Shown: in pieces, positions 40,890 to 55,010 of the stretch
Numbering within the stretch: the first letter of the stretch is position 1
Layout: each line of letters starts with the position of its first letter
Source of the DNA: Octopus sinensis
Lineage: Eukaryota
NCBI RefSeq assembly: GCF_006345805.1
Contig: NC_042999.1
Span: 163,680,001 to 163,744,000 of the forward strand
Reading direction: 5' to 3'
DNA: 64,000 bases
The notes under the pieces: generated by a model
What the model was told of the DNA's origin: nothing
The model's input: only the letters and a program-made list of their open reading frames with translations
Database searches by the model: none
Program-made: the position numbers and the translations under genes

Positions 40890-41972
40890 ATTTCAGATCT
40901 AAAAATAATCAATATTTTTAAAATATAAATTTAAAATGACTAAAACTATAAATAATATAAATTTATCAATGAAAAAAAAAATATATATATAATCTATATA
41001 TAATCTATATATAATCAAGAACTAAAATAACCTCTATAAACAATTGAATATAAAGAAACCTAGTATTAAAGTTCTCATATTTAAAGATGAAGAATCTAAT
41101 TTCAAAAAACAAAAAACAAAAAACAAAAAACAAAACCCAAAAATAAAAATAAACTATATATACACACATGCTCATACACATATATCTAAGTATATATAAA
41201 CATATCTAAATACATACACTAACTCACACACCCATATATATATCTCGATACATACACATAAACATCTAGGCAACGATAAATTAATAAAATAGCCAAATAC
41301 TTCAACACATTACTTATTCATACTCCCACACACACATACAACCCTCATTCATAAACACACTCACTCTGCATGACAACCACACATCCAGCAGCCGCATATA
41401 CTCAACCACAACAATATAAACATTTCATTCTTAGCAAGAAACTACCAAATACCATATACCACATATATACCACAACCATACATAAATACTTAAAACAAAC
41501 ACACACACACACACATATCCAAATACCACATGCATGCAACAAACATACACAAATACGCAAACAAACACACACACACACACACATTCACACATACATAAAC
41601 ACTCAAAAGAAAACAACATTTCTACACATAAACAATGCACACCCACACACATTCACACACAATCACTCACATACAACCGCACTCCTACCGCCACTCCAAC
41701 ACAGAGGAGTAACAAATCCAGCAGATACATACACTCAGCCACTTACATTCCCTACTCAACAATATACTATTAAAAACCCCAACACCACTCTAAAACAAAT
41801 TTATGAATGTGAATAATAACTTATATAGTTATTCTATTATCAAACATAAATCATTTAAAAACGGACCTATCTATTTATCAAAGTATGTCTAAATTATTTA
41901 ATAATTAATAACAAAGAAAAATACGATAAATAGAACACTACATAAACAACAAGATTACCATAAGCAACAAGA

Positions 41973-42141
<169 letters not shown>

Positions 42142-42509
42142 AACAGAAGTTGAAAATGAACTGAGAATAGTTAAAATATATTTTCTTAATATATTAAAAG
42201 CTTTAACCGGTTTCACAGTTTACACTGATTTTGAAAAAGTTCAAATAGAAAGACGTGGCTTATGTCGCATCTGTCTCGCTTCTGACTAGTCTTTGAAGCT
42301 TGCACTGTTTTTATAGAGAGTTCATGGCTCAAATTAGTATATGTTTTGAATAGTATTTGATCGGTAGAAGATAGTCACATGACTGGTCTTAGAAATTTTT
42401 TTAGGTTCCCCCGTTACGTCCATTTGTTAGTATCAAGTGACAATGTTTGGGGTCGTAAGTTAAGGCTGACACAGTCGACTGAACAAGTCAAAACACACAC
42501 AGACACACG

Positions 42510-42558
<49 letters not shown>

Positions 42559-43593
42559 TATAATATATATGGCGGTGCCCGCAAAAATTTTTTTGCGGAG
42601 ATTTCAGGACCGAGGGCAAACAAAATAAAGCAAAACAGCACGGAGTGTGATTTAGGCCGGTGGACAAGGACGAACAGGGAGCAAAATACGGCCTTAGGGG
42701 TCAAGAAGACAAGAATAGTGAGTAATAGAAGGAGGGACATAGAGTTTGCGACTGGTCAGCTACGGAACCAGAGTGAAAAATGGAGAAAGCTAGCCGCGGG
42801 TCACGTGACAACAGCAGGTAGAAGAGAAAAGTAGCAAGAGAGAGTGATAGAGAAGAAAAGGGGAGGGATGAAGGAAGAGAAAAGAGAAAGGAGAAAGGCT
42901 AGGAATACAAAGAGTGCTCAACAAAGCATTGGGGGATATAATTTCTTTATTTGTGAATTAAGGCTACCATTGGTTTCATATTAAAAATTTAGGAAAATAT
43001 CCTAGAGTCTTAACAGTTTTTCAAGCCGATCACACGGAGGAAGGTGTTCGCCTCCATTTTTCGAAGCACCATATATATATGGTGTTTGTTTTGGGATTTG
43101 AAAATGCACCTGAATCTAAAAATGTGTAGTCGTTTTTAATTTTGTAATAGATTTATTCACAAAGCAAATTAGTTTCGACAATGGTACAAATATATAAATA
43201 CTTGTACCATAGCTTCAGACAAAGTACTTTATATCGTAGAGTGAACACAGATGACATTTCTGTATTGATATCTCAGAAGCTATAATCTACAGTTGTAGAG
43301 CTGGATCGAATACTGCAAAGCACTTTCCGGACGCTCCACAGTCTTGCACGGTAAAAAGAACAATATTATGTTCCTAAATGTGACAAATGCAAAAAGAAAA
43401 ACCTCGTTAGTGAAATTAGGTACATGGAAACTGTACAAGTTTCATACGAATGCATTGTACGTTATTATACGGAAGAGTTAGCCCGTCATTAGGGTTAACA
43501 ACCTCTAAGTGTCTTTAGCGGACTCCATTATGTTGTGAATATTAGGACTAGGTCTCCAGTTTTTGAGGATTCTTTCCTTCATCCCTTAATAGC

Positions 43594-43594
<1 letters not shown>

Positions 43595-43689
<95 letters not shown>
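43595..43689. repeat. (TATC)n microsatellite
   Basis: Direct observation. Confidence 0.95.
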
Positions 43690-44161
43690 TTACGCATACA
43701 CATACACACGTGTACTTAAATAGTATTGACGGAACCAAATGCATTTGGCGTATCTGACTATTTTCCACAATACAATGAATGTTATCATAAATACTAGCCT
43801 GTAATTTTCCCATCAGTCTGATGAAGCAACTTGTTATTTTATTATTATGATAGAAATAAAAGTAGGTTTGCTGAAAATTGTAGCAGAAATCGAGCTATAC
43901 AAAAGACTGGTATCGTCAGTTGTCGAGTGTTGACATTAATCATAGTGATTGTTTTAGAGCAGAATAGAATTTACATATCGGTTTTATCAAGAGATAAAGA
44001 ATATCTTTCAATCGGATACACGAAAAGAATTATGAATCACTGGCATATAATATATTATAGCCAAGTAATTTTCATGTAAATCCTCTTCATATTATACGGA
44101 TGTATAAACAATACATACAGAAATATCTCAGCTGTTATCCATAACACAGGAAACGCTGGAG

Positions 44162-44960
44162 CAGTGTTTTCCAAATTGAGTACCGTGAAAATTATAAAAT
44201 TATTAAAGTTGTTTTAGAAAACCAGTTAAGAATGAAAAAAAATGCAAAAACAGAAGCAAAGTAAAACAAAACAATGGTTGGTATCTTTGCAACAGTACAA
44301 ATGATACCAGGTCGTCACTATCCTCAATTTTCTTTTAATATTAGAATAAAACATACAAATGTGAACTTTTATTTTATTTCATTTTGCTTGTTTTCACTTC
44401 TTTTTTTCCAATTTGCATGATAATATATAATTCTTGAACAATTCTAAACCGTCTTAATTCTATGTCACCCTGCTTCATTTATGTTATGCAAATCCATACA
44501 ATTATATTAAAAGAAAGAAAAGTGGAAAATTATGAACCGAAATTCTATATTTTAACTATATATAGAATTTCACTAACAGTATCAATCAATTAAACTCAGA
44601 GTAGAAGATAGTGGAAGACTTCGTCCTTCTAATTCACTTGAGTACAGTATTTTGAGAACTGAGAAAGGGAAAGTGAACTTTGATGTTCCTCCATTAAGCA
44701 CTTTTTGATTGAGTTTGAAATCCTTTTATTAAGATAATCTGATATTGGTTTGAAAATCTTCTGACGGAGAACTGGCTTCAATGTTCAGCCAGAGCGGATC
44801 TTAATAATCAAATATATAGAGTTACTTATTGAAACATTTTGGATTTCTATTGAGGAAAAATATTCTTCAGTCGCTAAAACAGCTGCATTTATTCCTATTC
44901 AGTTTTATACAAACGTTTACATGAATTAAGATTTGTTTTGCTCGCTTACATTAAATGCAT

Positions 44961-45027
<67 letters not shown>

Positions 45028-45060
45028 AACTTAATTGCATCGTATCTCAAATACATCTTG
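44162..45060 (+). mobile_element. Degraded hAT (Charlie/Buster-like) transposon remnant
   Basis: CAGTGTTTTCCAAA terminus at 44162. FWISIEEKYSSVAKTA..IQF.. / LHELRFVLLAYIKCIKRE resembles the hAT C-terminal dimerisation domain. Confidence 0.6.
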
Positions 45061-45205
45061 CGAACTGGCAGAGCTCTCTGTGTTCAAACTTCTTTGAAGT
45101 CATCTTTATTTTTTATATTTTCGGGGTCGATAAAATATAGTACTAGCTCAGCGAGAGGGATTGACGGAATTGTTCAAGTGTCAGACGAGATGCTTTGCAA
45201 TATTA

Positions 45206-45407
45206 AGGCGGCGAGTCGACAGAATCGTTAGCACACCGCACAAATTGCTCGGTAGCATTTCGTTCGTCTTTATGTTCTGAGATCAAATTCCGCCTTTCAT
45301 CACTTCGGGGTCGATAAAATAAGTAATCGTTGAAAACTAAGACCGATCTAATCGACTTACTCCAAACCTAAAATCGCTGGCGTTGTGCCAAAATTTGAAA
45401 CCGATAT
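45206..45407 (+). mobile_element. SINE family A
   Basis: AAGGCGGCGAGTCGACAGAATCGTTAGC head, family body and tail. Confidence 0.85.
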
Positions 45408-45764
45408 TTCTTCCAGCTTTCTGAATTCTTGGGTGGTAGACTTATCCGTCATCCGGTTTAACATCAAGACTTGGGTCCTTGGATGCCTGAGCATTTGGGG
45501 AACCTTTTCGGTTTAAGGACATGTGCCTTCCATTTCTTTTGGTCTTGAAAAATAAAGAAATTAAAAAAGTACTTTCTGATTAAAAAAAAAAAATGCAAAG
45601 CAGAACAATAAATATTGCTAAAAAATACCGAGTTCATGTTTTGCATTGATAGCTTGTCTTTATTTATCGAATAAAGAAGTATTTAATGATATTTTGTAGC
45701 TTAAATTATTTATATTCTTTGGTTAAAAGACATCCTATATTTTTTATCTCTTACATATTCCAGC

Positions 45765-45944
45765 TATGTTGGGGCTCCATGACAGCAGCCATGTTGGGGC
45801 TCCACCTTCAACAAATCGACTATCGTAATTATTTTTTGAAAGTCTGGTACTTATGCTACCGATTCCTTTTAGTGAACCGCTATGTTACGGAGACGTAAAC
45901 AAACCACTACTGATTGTCAAGTGGTGAGGGAGGACAAACGCAAG

Positions 45945-45978
<34 letters not shown>

Positions 45979-46156
45979 CACCTCCCTGCATATAAATGAC
46001 GAGTTTTCATGCAGTTTCCATCTACTGAATGCATTCGCTAGGCATTGATCGACCCTAGGCTATAGTTGAAGATACTTTCCCAAGGTACGGCACAGTGGGA
46101 CTGATCTCGAAACCAGGTGGTTACAAACCGTGCCCCTTAACACATAACCACGCCAG
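45765..46156 (-). mobile_element. SINE family B, degraded
   Basis: Reverse complement of family B, including the internal (CA)n. Confidence 0.75.
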
Positions 46157-46829
46157 TGCGTATCTATCTATCTATCTATCTATCTAACTGTCTGTCCCCC
46201 AAAATTTTAAATACACTTTTTTTTTGCTTTATGCAGAAAATGTGCAAAAACATATTTATCTACTTTCAAGTGTGCTGCACATAAAATATTTCTTGGATGG
46301 CAGTGACACTACAGAATAATAGCAGAAAACAGCTGTAGTCAGACAGAAACGAGTGAAGTATAGAAATACTTTAAAAACATAAAAGTCTAATATCAGTTTG
46401 GAATTATATCGTTACAAGTATAAAAGAAACACGACGAACTCAATGAAAAGAAATAAATGAGGCTTTACATTTATGAACATGGATAACAGATTGAGATTTT
46501 ACGAAGAATGTCCGCGTGAATTGTTTATCGCTCTAAAACAGATAACTTATGAGCTTGTTGTTATCAATAATCGATCATCATGTAACAAACGAACATTTAT
46601 ACAGAGATCGAAGCTCTTAAATTACAGATACTTAATTTTCGATAAAAAATGCAAGCAATAGACTTTTTCCATTGTTTTTATTACATTGTTTTTATTAAAG
46701 TAAAATATGAGTTAGGCTCCATAGTCATAAGTAGGTAAATGTTGTTACGTATAAAAGCCTTCATTAGAAATACGCATCTATAAAAGCTGAGTCTATAATC
46801 CAAATATTAATATGTAATGTCTCCGTCTA

Positions 46830-47236
46830 AGGAGGTGAGCTGGCAGATTCGTTAGCACACTCGGCAAAATTCTTAGCAGAATTACGTCCGTCTTTACGTT
46901 CTGAGTTTAAATTCCTTCGAGGTCGGCTTTGCCTTTCATCCTTTCGATAAAATAAGTACCAGTTGAGCACTGGGGTCGATGTAATCGACTTACCCCTCCC
47001 CCGAAATTTCCGGCCTTGTGCCAAAATTTGAAATCAGTATGTAATGTTTCTTTGTAAGGCGGTGGGCTGTCAGATTCGTCAGCAAATCAGGCAATATGCT
47101 TAGTGACATTTCGTCCGTTTTTACGTTCTGAGTTCAAATATCGCCGGGCTCGACTTTGCCTTTCATCTTTTCGGGTAGCATGAGTAGCAGTTAAGTAATG
47201 GGTATCGATGTAATCAACTTAATCACTGCCCCGAAA
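46830..47236 (+). mobile_element. Two tandem SINE family A copies
   Basis: Copies at about 46830-47036 and 47056-47236. Confidence 0.88.
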
Positions 47237-48064
47237 TACGTACTGTTTTTTTATTTTCATCCCATACTTTTCACTTTGTTTCTTTGATAAATGTAACTAA
47301 ATACTCTCCTTATCAATATATTAGTTTTATTTTCCCTTTCCATCATTTTTTTTTTTACTCGTATAATTCTCGACAGTTATCAAGTAAGATGTTCAGGAGT
47401 TAGTTTGCTTCATCTTTGCAAATATTTTCACAAATATACGAAAAGCTATAAAATCGATATTTCCAGATTCTCATTTATCTTTTGGATATATTTGAATCTT
47501 CTTAGAATCACGCGAACTTCAGTATGACACCCGACATCGTTTGAGTGCTACATTAGATTCCATGCACACATCTGACCGGAGAACCAGGAATAGAGAGCAC
47601 AAGTAGTACCAAATTCACTAATTTCCTTCAAAACGAAAGAACACACTATACTTAGACGCATACAAAGAATACCATTTGCCAAAAACTCAAATAAACACCA
47701 AAAATGAATCATAATCATAAAAAACGCAATTGTCACTATTATATTTTGAAAGCCAAAGCCTGGCACAGAACAAATTACGCTCGAAAATTGTTGCACGCCA
47801 TACAGAAATTACAATGCATAAATATAACGAACCTGCGTTTAACAGATAGGTTTAAAAACAAATTTATGGAACTAAAATGTTCGTTACACATGACATCGGC
47901 ATTACAACGGTACAGAAATGCAATGCTATGACTGCAACCCAGTACACGTCGTCTATTATCACACCTCGATAAGGTGGTATATGGCAAATCACGGTAAAGG
48001 TTTCATAGCATTCATAACGACATGCACCATGTGACACAGATGTCACAATATAAAACATCAATAC

Positions 48065-48112
<48 letters not shown>

Positions 48113-50178
48113 CACACACACACACACAATAACACAACTAACTTACTAGGTCACGCACTCTAACTACAACACATTAACACATTACCAAAAGCAATAATTG
48201 TAGGAGACTCCAATGCACATATTTCATGGAACAAACCAAAACAATTCAGAAAAGACAACAAGGGAATCTCTACTTTGTCACTGACCTACAAGAAATAACA
48301 GCTAAATATCGTTCGGATTACACCCTGTCGTCTTAAAACAATAAAAGAAAAAACATAATGAATACTGCACTCCTAGATATACAAAAGGACAAGATGATTG
48401 TGGCTGCAATGAATCATTGATGTACTTGGTCAGGGCTGATTTGATGCTAAACATCAATGACGGAACAATATAAATAACACAAGAGATGATGACACAATGG
48501 CTTCACTGCCTAACTTCATTTACATTCTTAACACCTCACACTTACACATCCACATATCTCATCAAACTTTCCATCAAAATCTCATCCATTCTTCAGACAT
48601 TACTTTCTGCACAACACATTTAACCACGAAAATCTCGTGACAAGCAATCTCTCAACTTCCTTCTGATTGCTTACCTGATACATCATCACAACAACTACAT
48701 ATCAACAATCGACAAAACGCGCGCGCACACACACATGCTTTCTCAAACATAATAAAAACCTAGTAGAACAACTTCCATATCTAGTGACAGAGTTAAAATT
48801 CAAAGAACTTAACAACACAACACTTTCCTCGTAAAAAAACAAAACAATTGTTTTTAAAAAACATTCTGTAAGGTAGTATGAAAAATAGAAAGTCAGTGAC
48901 GCAACCGAAACTAATAATCCAACACAGCATTTAACAGAAATAAACTCGACACGAAGTTAGTAAAAAAAGGAAATCACAGAAAAGTCCTCACCTAAAAGCA
49001 GAAAACAAGCAAACATTTGTATCGAAGACGAATCACTAAACAAACATTAAAATGCAATAAAATAATTAGCTGTCGGAATAATTGAAACAACAGGCCAGCC
49101 ATTCGTCTCATGTGATGATAAAAGCCCCAAGTTACGTGACTAGTTTCCAACAAGCAAACGTATTCACTTACGAAATACTTGTCGAAAATCAGCCACGGAA
49201 AGTGCGCTGCGGAAACAGAAACATAAAGGGCAACATATCATTAACTGTTATCCACTGTTATCAGTTCTACTCCGTTTTTTTCGTGCGCAAGAAAACACAT
49301 AAGATACACATAAGAAACACATAAGAAAACAGATAAGAAAAATGAAAAAAAAAATCAAAGAAAAAAACAAAAAAACCCCAAAAACCCCCTAAAAAAACGC
49401 CCTAAAAACAAAAAAAAGAACAAAAAGGCAATTACAAAATTTTAGAAGTCTCAGAGTCTGACAAAATAGCAAATGTGCATGTAAAACATTATCAATCTAC
49501 GTATTACTTTCTTTAACACACAAAACAGATCTAGACCTTTACGCGCAACTATCATATTAATAAACAATCTTTACACACACACAAATATGGCTTCAATAAC
49601 ATACAACAACAGAACAGTCCTAACTACCATCAGCTGGCAAAGCTTTCGACTTCATTAACTGTTATACACAAATACGCAACACTTCCGGAAGAAACAGCAA
49701 AAACGCTCGTTAGCAAATGTTCTTTGATGTGGTCAGGCCCATGGAGAATGAATAAACATCCAGAATTTGCAATTTCTGTAATGGAATACAGTAAGGATCC
49801 TTTTTCTCACCCAATATCTAAAAAAATTTAAATCTATACAATAATTACACACCTATAGAACATACAGTCTTCTGCACAGAAGTCATCACTATCACATACT
49901 CCCTCTGTTCTCCAGATATATCTGCACACATTTTCTAATAATACATTAATCACAGAGAAATTTGGTTCCATAACAACAGTAGGTAGCCTTTATCAAATTC
50001 AAAATCTGCTTTCCTATCAATCGAAAGTAAAATATAATCAGCTATCATTAACATAGACATATCGCACGTTCAGAAGACAAAATGAGTAGGAGTTACAGAG
50101 ATCCTGTCAACATTCACAGTACACGTAGATGACAAAAATACTTAAAAGAGTTACAGGTACTACAGAGAAACAACATTT

Positions 50179-50410
50179 GGGCGGTGAGCGGGCAGAAACC
50201 CTTGCACGCCGGGCGAAATACTTAGGGGCATTTCGTCTGTTATTACGTTCTGAGTTCAAATTCCGCCGAGGTCGACTTTGCCTTTCATCCTTTCGGGGTC
50301 GATAAATTAAGTACCAGTTACACACTGGGGTCGATGTAATCGATTTAATACCTTTGTCTGTCTTTGTTTGTCCCCTCTATATTTAGCCCCTTGTGGGTAA
50401 TAAAGAAATA
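50179..50410 (+). mobile_element. SINE family A variant carrying a Tx1-derived 3' tail
   Basis: Family A head and body, then TTTGTCCCCTCTATATTTAGCCCCTTGTGGGTAATAAAGAAA matching 4911-4953. Confidence 0.88.
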
Positions 50411-50909
50411 TGAAATAAGAAACAACATTAGTAGAGAAGCAATACTTTGATTCATCATCGATTATGCTATCCCTGGCGGGGATCCCTAAAACCCTTCCCA
50501 ATTATCTATGAAGAACATAAATCAATACTTTGCATCATCACAATTTGTGCATTGACCATGTGCATAGGTTATGTACTCAATAGAGTTAAAGTACAAAAAA
50601 AAAATGAAAGATTAATTGGACATGCGAGGACACAGTCTTTTTTAACAGTAAGTTCCAATTCTCTCGCATTTTCTTTCGCGACACATTCAACTATGTTCAA
50701 ACGCATCTGCATTACCCTAGAACACTAAACACCCACTAACAACACTATCTATTTAACTGAGTCCATACAAACATTCAGACAAGTTGCAACACAATTTCAA
50801 AAACAAAACAATGTCCTTCATACTTAGTACAAATATTACCTCCCACCAAACACACACACACACAGGCACGCAGGCACGCACGCAGGCACGCACGCAGGCA
50901 CGCACGCAG

Positions 50910-50940
<31 letters not shown>

Positions 50941-50942
50941 CA

Positions 50943-50976
<34 letters not shown>

Positions 50977-51397
50977 AAACAGCAAAATCAAGACCGTTAC
51001 ACAAAAATACATCTATAATCTCCTCGACAAATACTGTGCTAGTATGCACATCAGTAACGGTAGTTGTAGGCGAACAGTATCTGTTGTGCTCTTGTTCATT
51101 TCCATTGTGGTTACCACCATATTATACAGGTGCACAAAGATAGATTGGCGAGTGGAAATAATGCATCTTCAAACTGCTGCTCTGTTCCAAGTAACATTAT
51201 CCAGTGAATGCCGAAGTGTGCGGTATGGCATACGTAGAACAATAAATCTGTGGGACACACCTAGTTGTTTGAATAAGTACCTTAGAGTCAGAATGGCAAC
51301 AATGCGATACAATAACGACATTAGCAACACAACAGCCACATTAGCAACCGCTACACAATAGCAACACGGTATAAGGGACAATAATAGCGTTAACAGA

Positions 51398-51790
51398 AAT
51401 ATTGTCTTCAAATTCTGGCACAAGGCTAGCAAATTCGGTGAGGGATTAAGTCGATTAACTGGTACTTATTTTATCGACCCCGAAAGGATGAAAGGCGAAA
51501 TCGACTTCGGCGGAATTTGAACTCAGAACATGCTGATGGATGAAATACCAGTAAGCATTTTGTCTGGCGCACTAATTATTCTGTCATCTCACCGCCTTAA
51601 CGTGAACAGAAATATTGGTTTCAAATTTTGGCACAAAGCTAGCAATTTCGGGGAAGGGGTAAGTTGATTAAATCGATCCCCGTGCTCAACTGTATCTTAT
51701 TTTATCGATCCCGAAAGGATGAAAGGCAAAGTCGACATCAGCAGAACATAAACACGGACGAAATGCCGTTAAGCCTTTTGTCTACTGTGC
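51398..51790 (-). mobile_element. Two tandem SINE family A copies
   Basis: Copies at about 51398-51598 and 51611-51790. Confidence 0.85.
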
Positions 51791-52924
51791 TTACAGCTTT
51801 AGTGTTAACCGAAATATTGACGAGAACTATTGTAACAAACAGCGGTCAAAACGACAATAAAAAGAACCACGGTAACGCGAAGAAGCAGAACTCGAACAAA
51901 TATGACTGGTGTTAATTTTTAATGACACCGAAAGGAAGAAAAGTAAATTTGAGATCCGTAGGACTCGAACTCAAAAGGTAAAGGATGAGATAATAGATAC
52001 CAAGATGACTATTGTCCAGTGCTCTACTGGTTCTACCATTTTCACTGCAAAAGAGAAATCAATAATGTCAGTTGCAACATTTAGTGTGAACATTGTTGTT
52101 TGAGAGCAGAAGTGATTTATATCACAATAACAACACACATGAAATGGCTTCAATAATTTTCTACTTCATTTTAGGCAAAAATACTTCACTTGAAGCACTT
52201 GGATCTGATAGTTATAGAAGATCTGAATTTTGTCTATTTTTTTAACAACTTTTTTCATGACAGATGTATTCATAAGAGCACGAGACTTCCGAACTGTGGA
52301 TCAGGAGATTCTGTTTCCAATAATTCTCCATATTTATGAATAGCATACAGCTAAAACACGCAACGTTGCTAAAAATGCTAAACCATACAATGTCTGGCGA
52401 GCTTTTTGCTGACGTCATTGCAGTCTTTTGCCACATCTCTTTGCAAATATATATGTGTGTGTGCGTGTATATATATATAAAGATGAGAATGTGTCTGTCT
52501 GTCTGTGAGTGTGTGTGTCTGTATGTGTGCTTCCCCAAAACTCGAGAACTACCCAACGGATTCCACCAAAAGATTTTCAACTTCTTGCCTAATGCGAGCC
52601 CAGAGCAATCACTTATCTCTCACACTATTTCCGTATTACGTGTCAAAAGTAAAGCAATAACATCTCTATTAATACTTTATATGGCTTCAATTTCAATCAC
52701 TTTCATTATGTATCTATATATATTAGTTTCATTTCTATTACTTTCAATATATATTTATGTACATGTATGTATGTATGTATGTATGTATGTATGTATGTAT
52801 GTATGTATGTATGTATGTATGTATGTTTTGTTATATATATATATATATATTGATTGATTGATTGATTGATTCTAGTTTCAGCTCATGAGCTGTGGCCATG
52901 CTGGGGCACCGCCATATATATATG

Positions 52925-55010
52925 ACAGACGTGACAGACGGGATGTGCTGTGTGTTCGTGTTCCTCGTGGGGCTGCTTGTTGGACTGACCACTGCCAGGT
53001 ACATACAAAAGTGAAATTAATCACAAAACGTAAAATCCGGGCTGCAGGTATTACTCTGCCTAAAAGACTGAATGTTGTGCATCTTATGTATAATAGTGTG
53101 AAGAGAACTTAACGAGAGGAAATGAATGTTGCAGATATTGGGGAGGATTGGCTGACCCTTAAAAAGTCAGTTTATGATATAGGCAAGAATGTTCTGGGAT
53201 TGATACAAAGAAAGCATCAAGATTGGTTCAAAGAAAATGATGAACATATAAATGATTTATTGGCTGATAAGAGACATACTTTGTCACACTATTTGTCAGC
53301 AAAGTCACAGGAAAGGGAAGTGTTGCATAGGGAACTCAAGGGTGTGAAAACATGTGTGAGGTGGAGACTCTCCCAGATGAGGGATTCGTGGTGGAGTAAG
53401 AAGGCTGATGAGATACAGGCGGCGTCCGGATTCCAATAACACAAAGCTGTTGTATGGTCTCTTGCGAGAAGTTTATGGACCGACTTCTCATGATACCACT
53501 TCGAAACAGGGATGGTAAAGAACTTTTTCGTGATTCACAAGGAATTCTGCGAAGGTGGCGAGAACACTTTGATGAACTTTTGAATCAGCAGTCTGTAGTT
53601 AGTGAGGATAATCTTAATCTTATCCCTGAGTTACCTGTGAAGGCGCGCGGAATCACCAATGTTTGAAGAAGTTGCGGCGGCTGTCTCAAGGATGAATAAT
53701 GGGATATCTCCGGATACGGATGGCATACATGCTGAGTTGTTACAGCATGGTGGCGAGAAACTTCTGCAGCAACATCACTTGTTTGGCAGGATATGAGCGA
53801 GTGAATCTGTACCTGAGGACTGGAGAGATACAGTATTGGTGGTCCTGTATAAGGGAAAGGCAACAGGAATGATTGTGGTAATTATAGGGGAGTATCATTG
53901 CTGTCTGCTGTAGGAAAGGTTTTATGCAGGATACTTCTGGATCGTCTGCTGTAATACATTGCAGATTGTGTTCTTCCAGAAAGTCAATCTGGCTTTCGTG
54001 TGGGACGCGGCACTACCGATATGATATTTTCAGCTAGACAGCTTCAGGAAAAGTGTGTGGAACAGGGTCTGGATTTGTATCAGGTTTTTGTCCATCTGAC
54101 AAAAGCCTTTGATACCGTCAATAGAAAAGCATTGTGGAAAGTCCTCCAGAAACTTGGGTGCCCTGAAAAGTTCCTTGCTTTGGTTAGGTCTTTTCATGAA
54201 GACATGAATGGTAGGGTGAATATTAGAGGGAAAATGTCGGAGCCCATTTCAATACAAAATGGAGTGAAACATGAGTATATTCTGGCACCGACCCTATTTT
54301 CCATATATTTCGCGATGGTGTTCTGTATTGCATTCAGAAACTGCAGATACGGTGTTTACGTCCATTATCGAACCTCTGGCAACATGTTTAATATCAGGCG
54401 CTTTGCTGCAAAAAACAAAGGTATTTACCTCTATCGTAAGAGACCTTTTGTATGCTGATGATTGTGAGCTAGTAGCACACAGTGAGATTGATATGCAACA
54501 CATTTTGAATGCATTCTCTGATGCTTGCACTGCCTTAGGATTGATGGTCAGTCCCAAGAAAACTGTTGTCATGTACCAACCCGCCCTTGGTAAGCAGTAT
54601 AGTGAACCAAATATATATGTGTATGGTAAACGACTTGATGTAGTTGATCAGTTTGTCTACCTGGGAAACACTGTTAATAGATATAGCAATTTGGATAGTG
54701 AAATTCCATGCAGAATTGGGAAAGCAAATGATGCTTTCGGAAGGCTAGAAAGGCGCCTCTGGAGTCGGCGAGACATATGCAGGAAGACAAAGATAAAGGT
54801 GTACAAGGCATGTGTGCTCTCTTCTCTTCCTTATGTCTGCGAGACCTGGGTCACATATTGATACCACCTTAAACAGCTGGAACGTTTCCATCAGATGTGT
54901 CTCAGACGGATCTGTGGCATTAATTGGGAGGAGTGCATCAGTGATTTTGAGATATTGGAAGGTTCTCGGTGTGAAAGTATAGAAGCTCTTGTGTTGAAGT
55001 ACAAGAGCTT
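52925..55010 (+). pseudogene. RTE-BovB-like LINE fragment (end of endonuclease through RT)
   Basis: CWTDHCQV; RKHQDWFKEN; WREHFDELLN; NYRGVSLLSAVGKV; GRGTTDMIFSARQLQEKC; LTKAFDTVNR; LLYADDCELVAHSE; FVYLGNTV. Several stops and frameshifts. Confidence 0.92.

Noticed and set aside
42201-42240. Hammerhead-like layout on the minus strand (CTTT..TCAG/CTGT-GAAACCGGTT-AAAG)
   Set aside because: The core reads TTCAAAA rather than CTGANGA (3 changes); at best a dead relic.
47300-50170. Long A/C-rich strand-biased stretch
   Set aside because: No ORF, motif or terminal structure could be supported; left unannotated.
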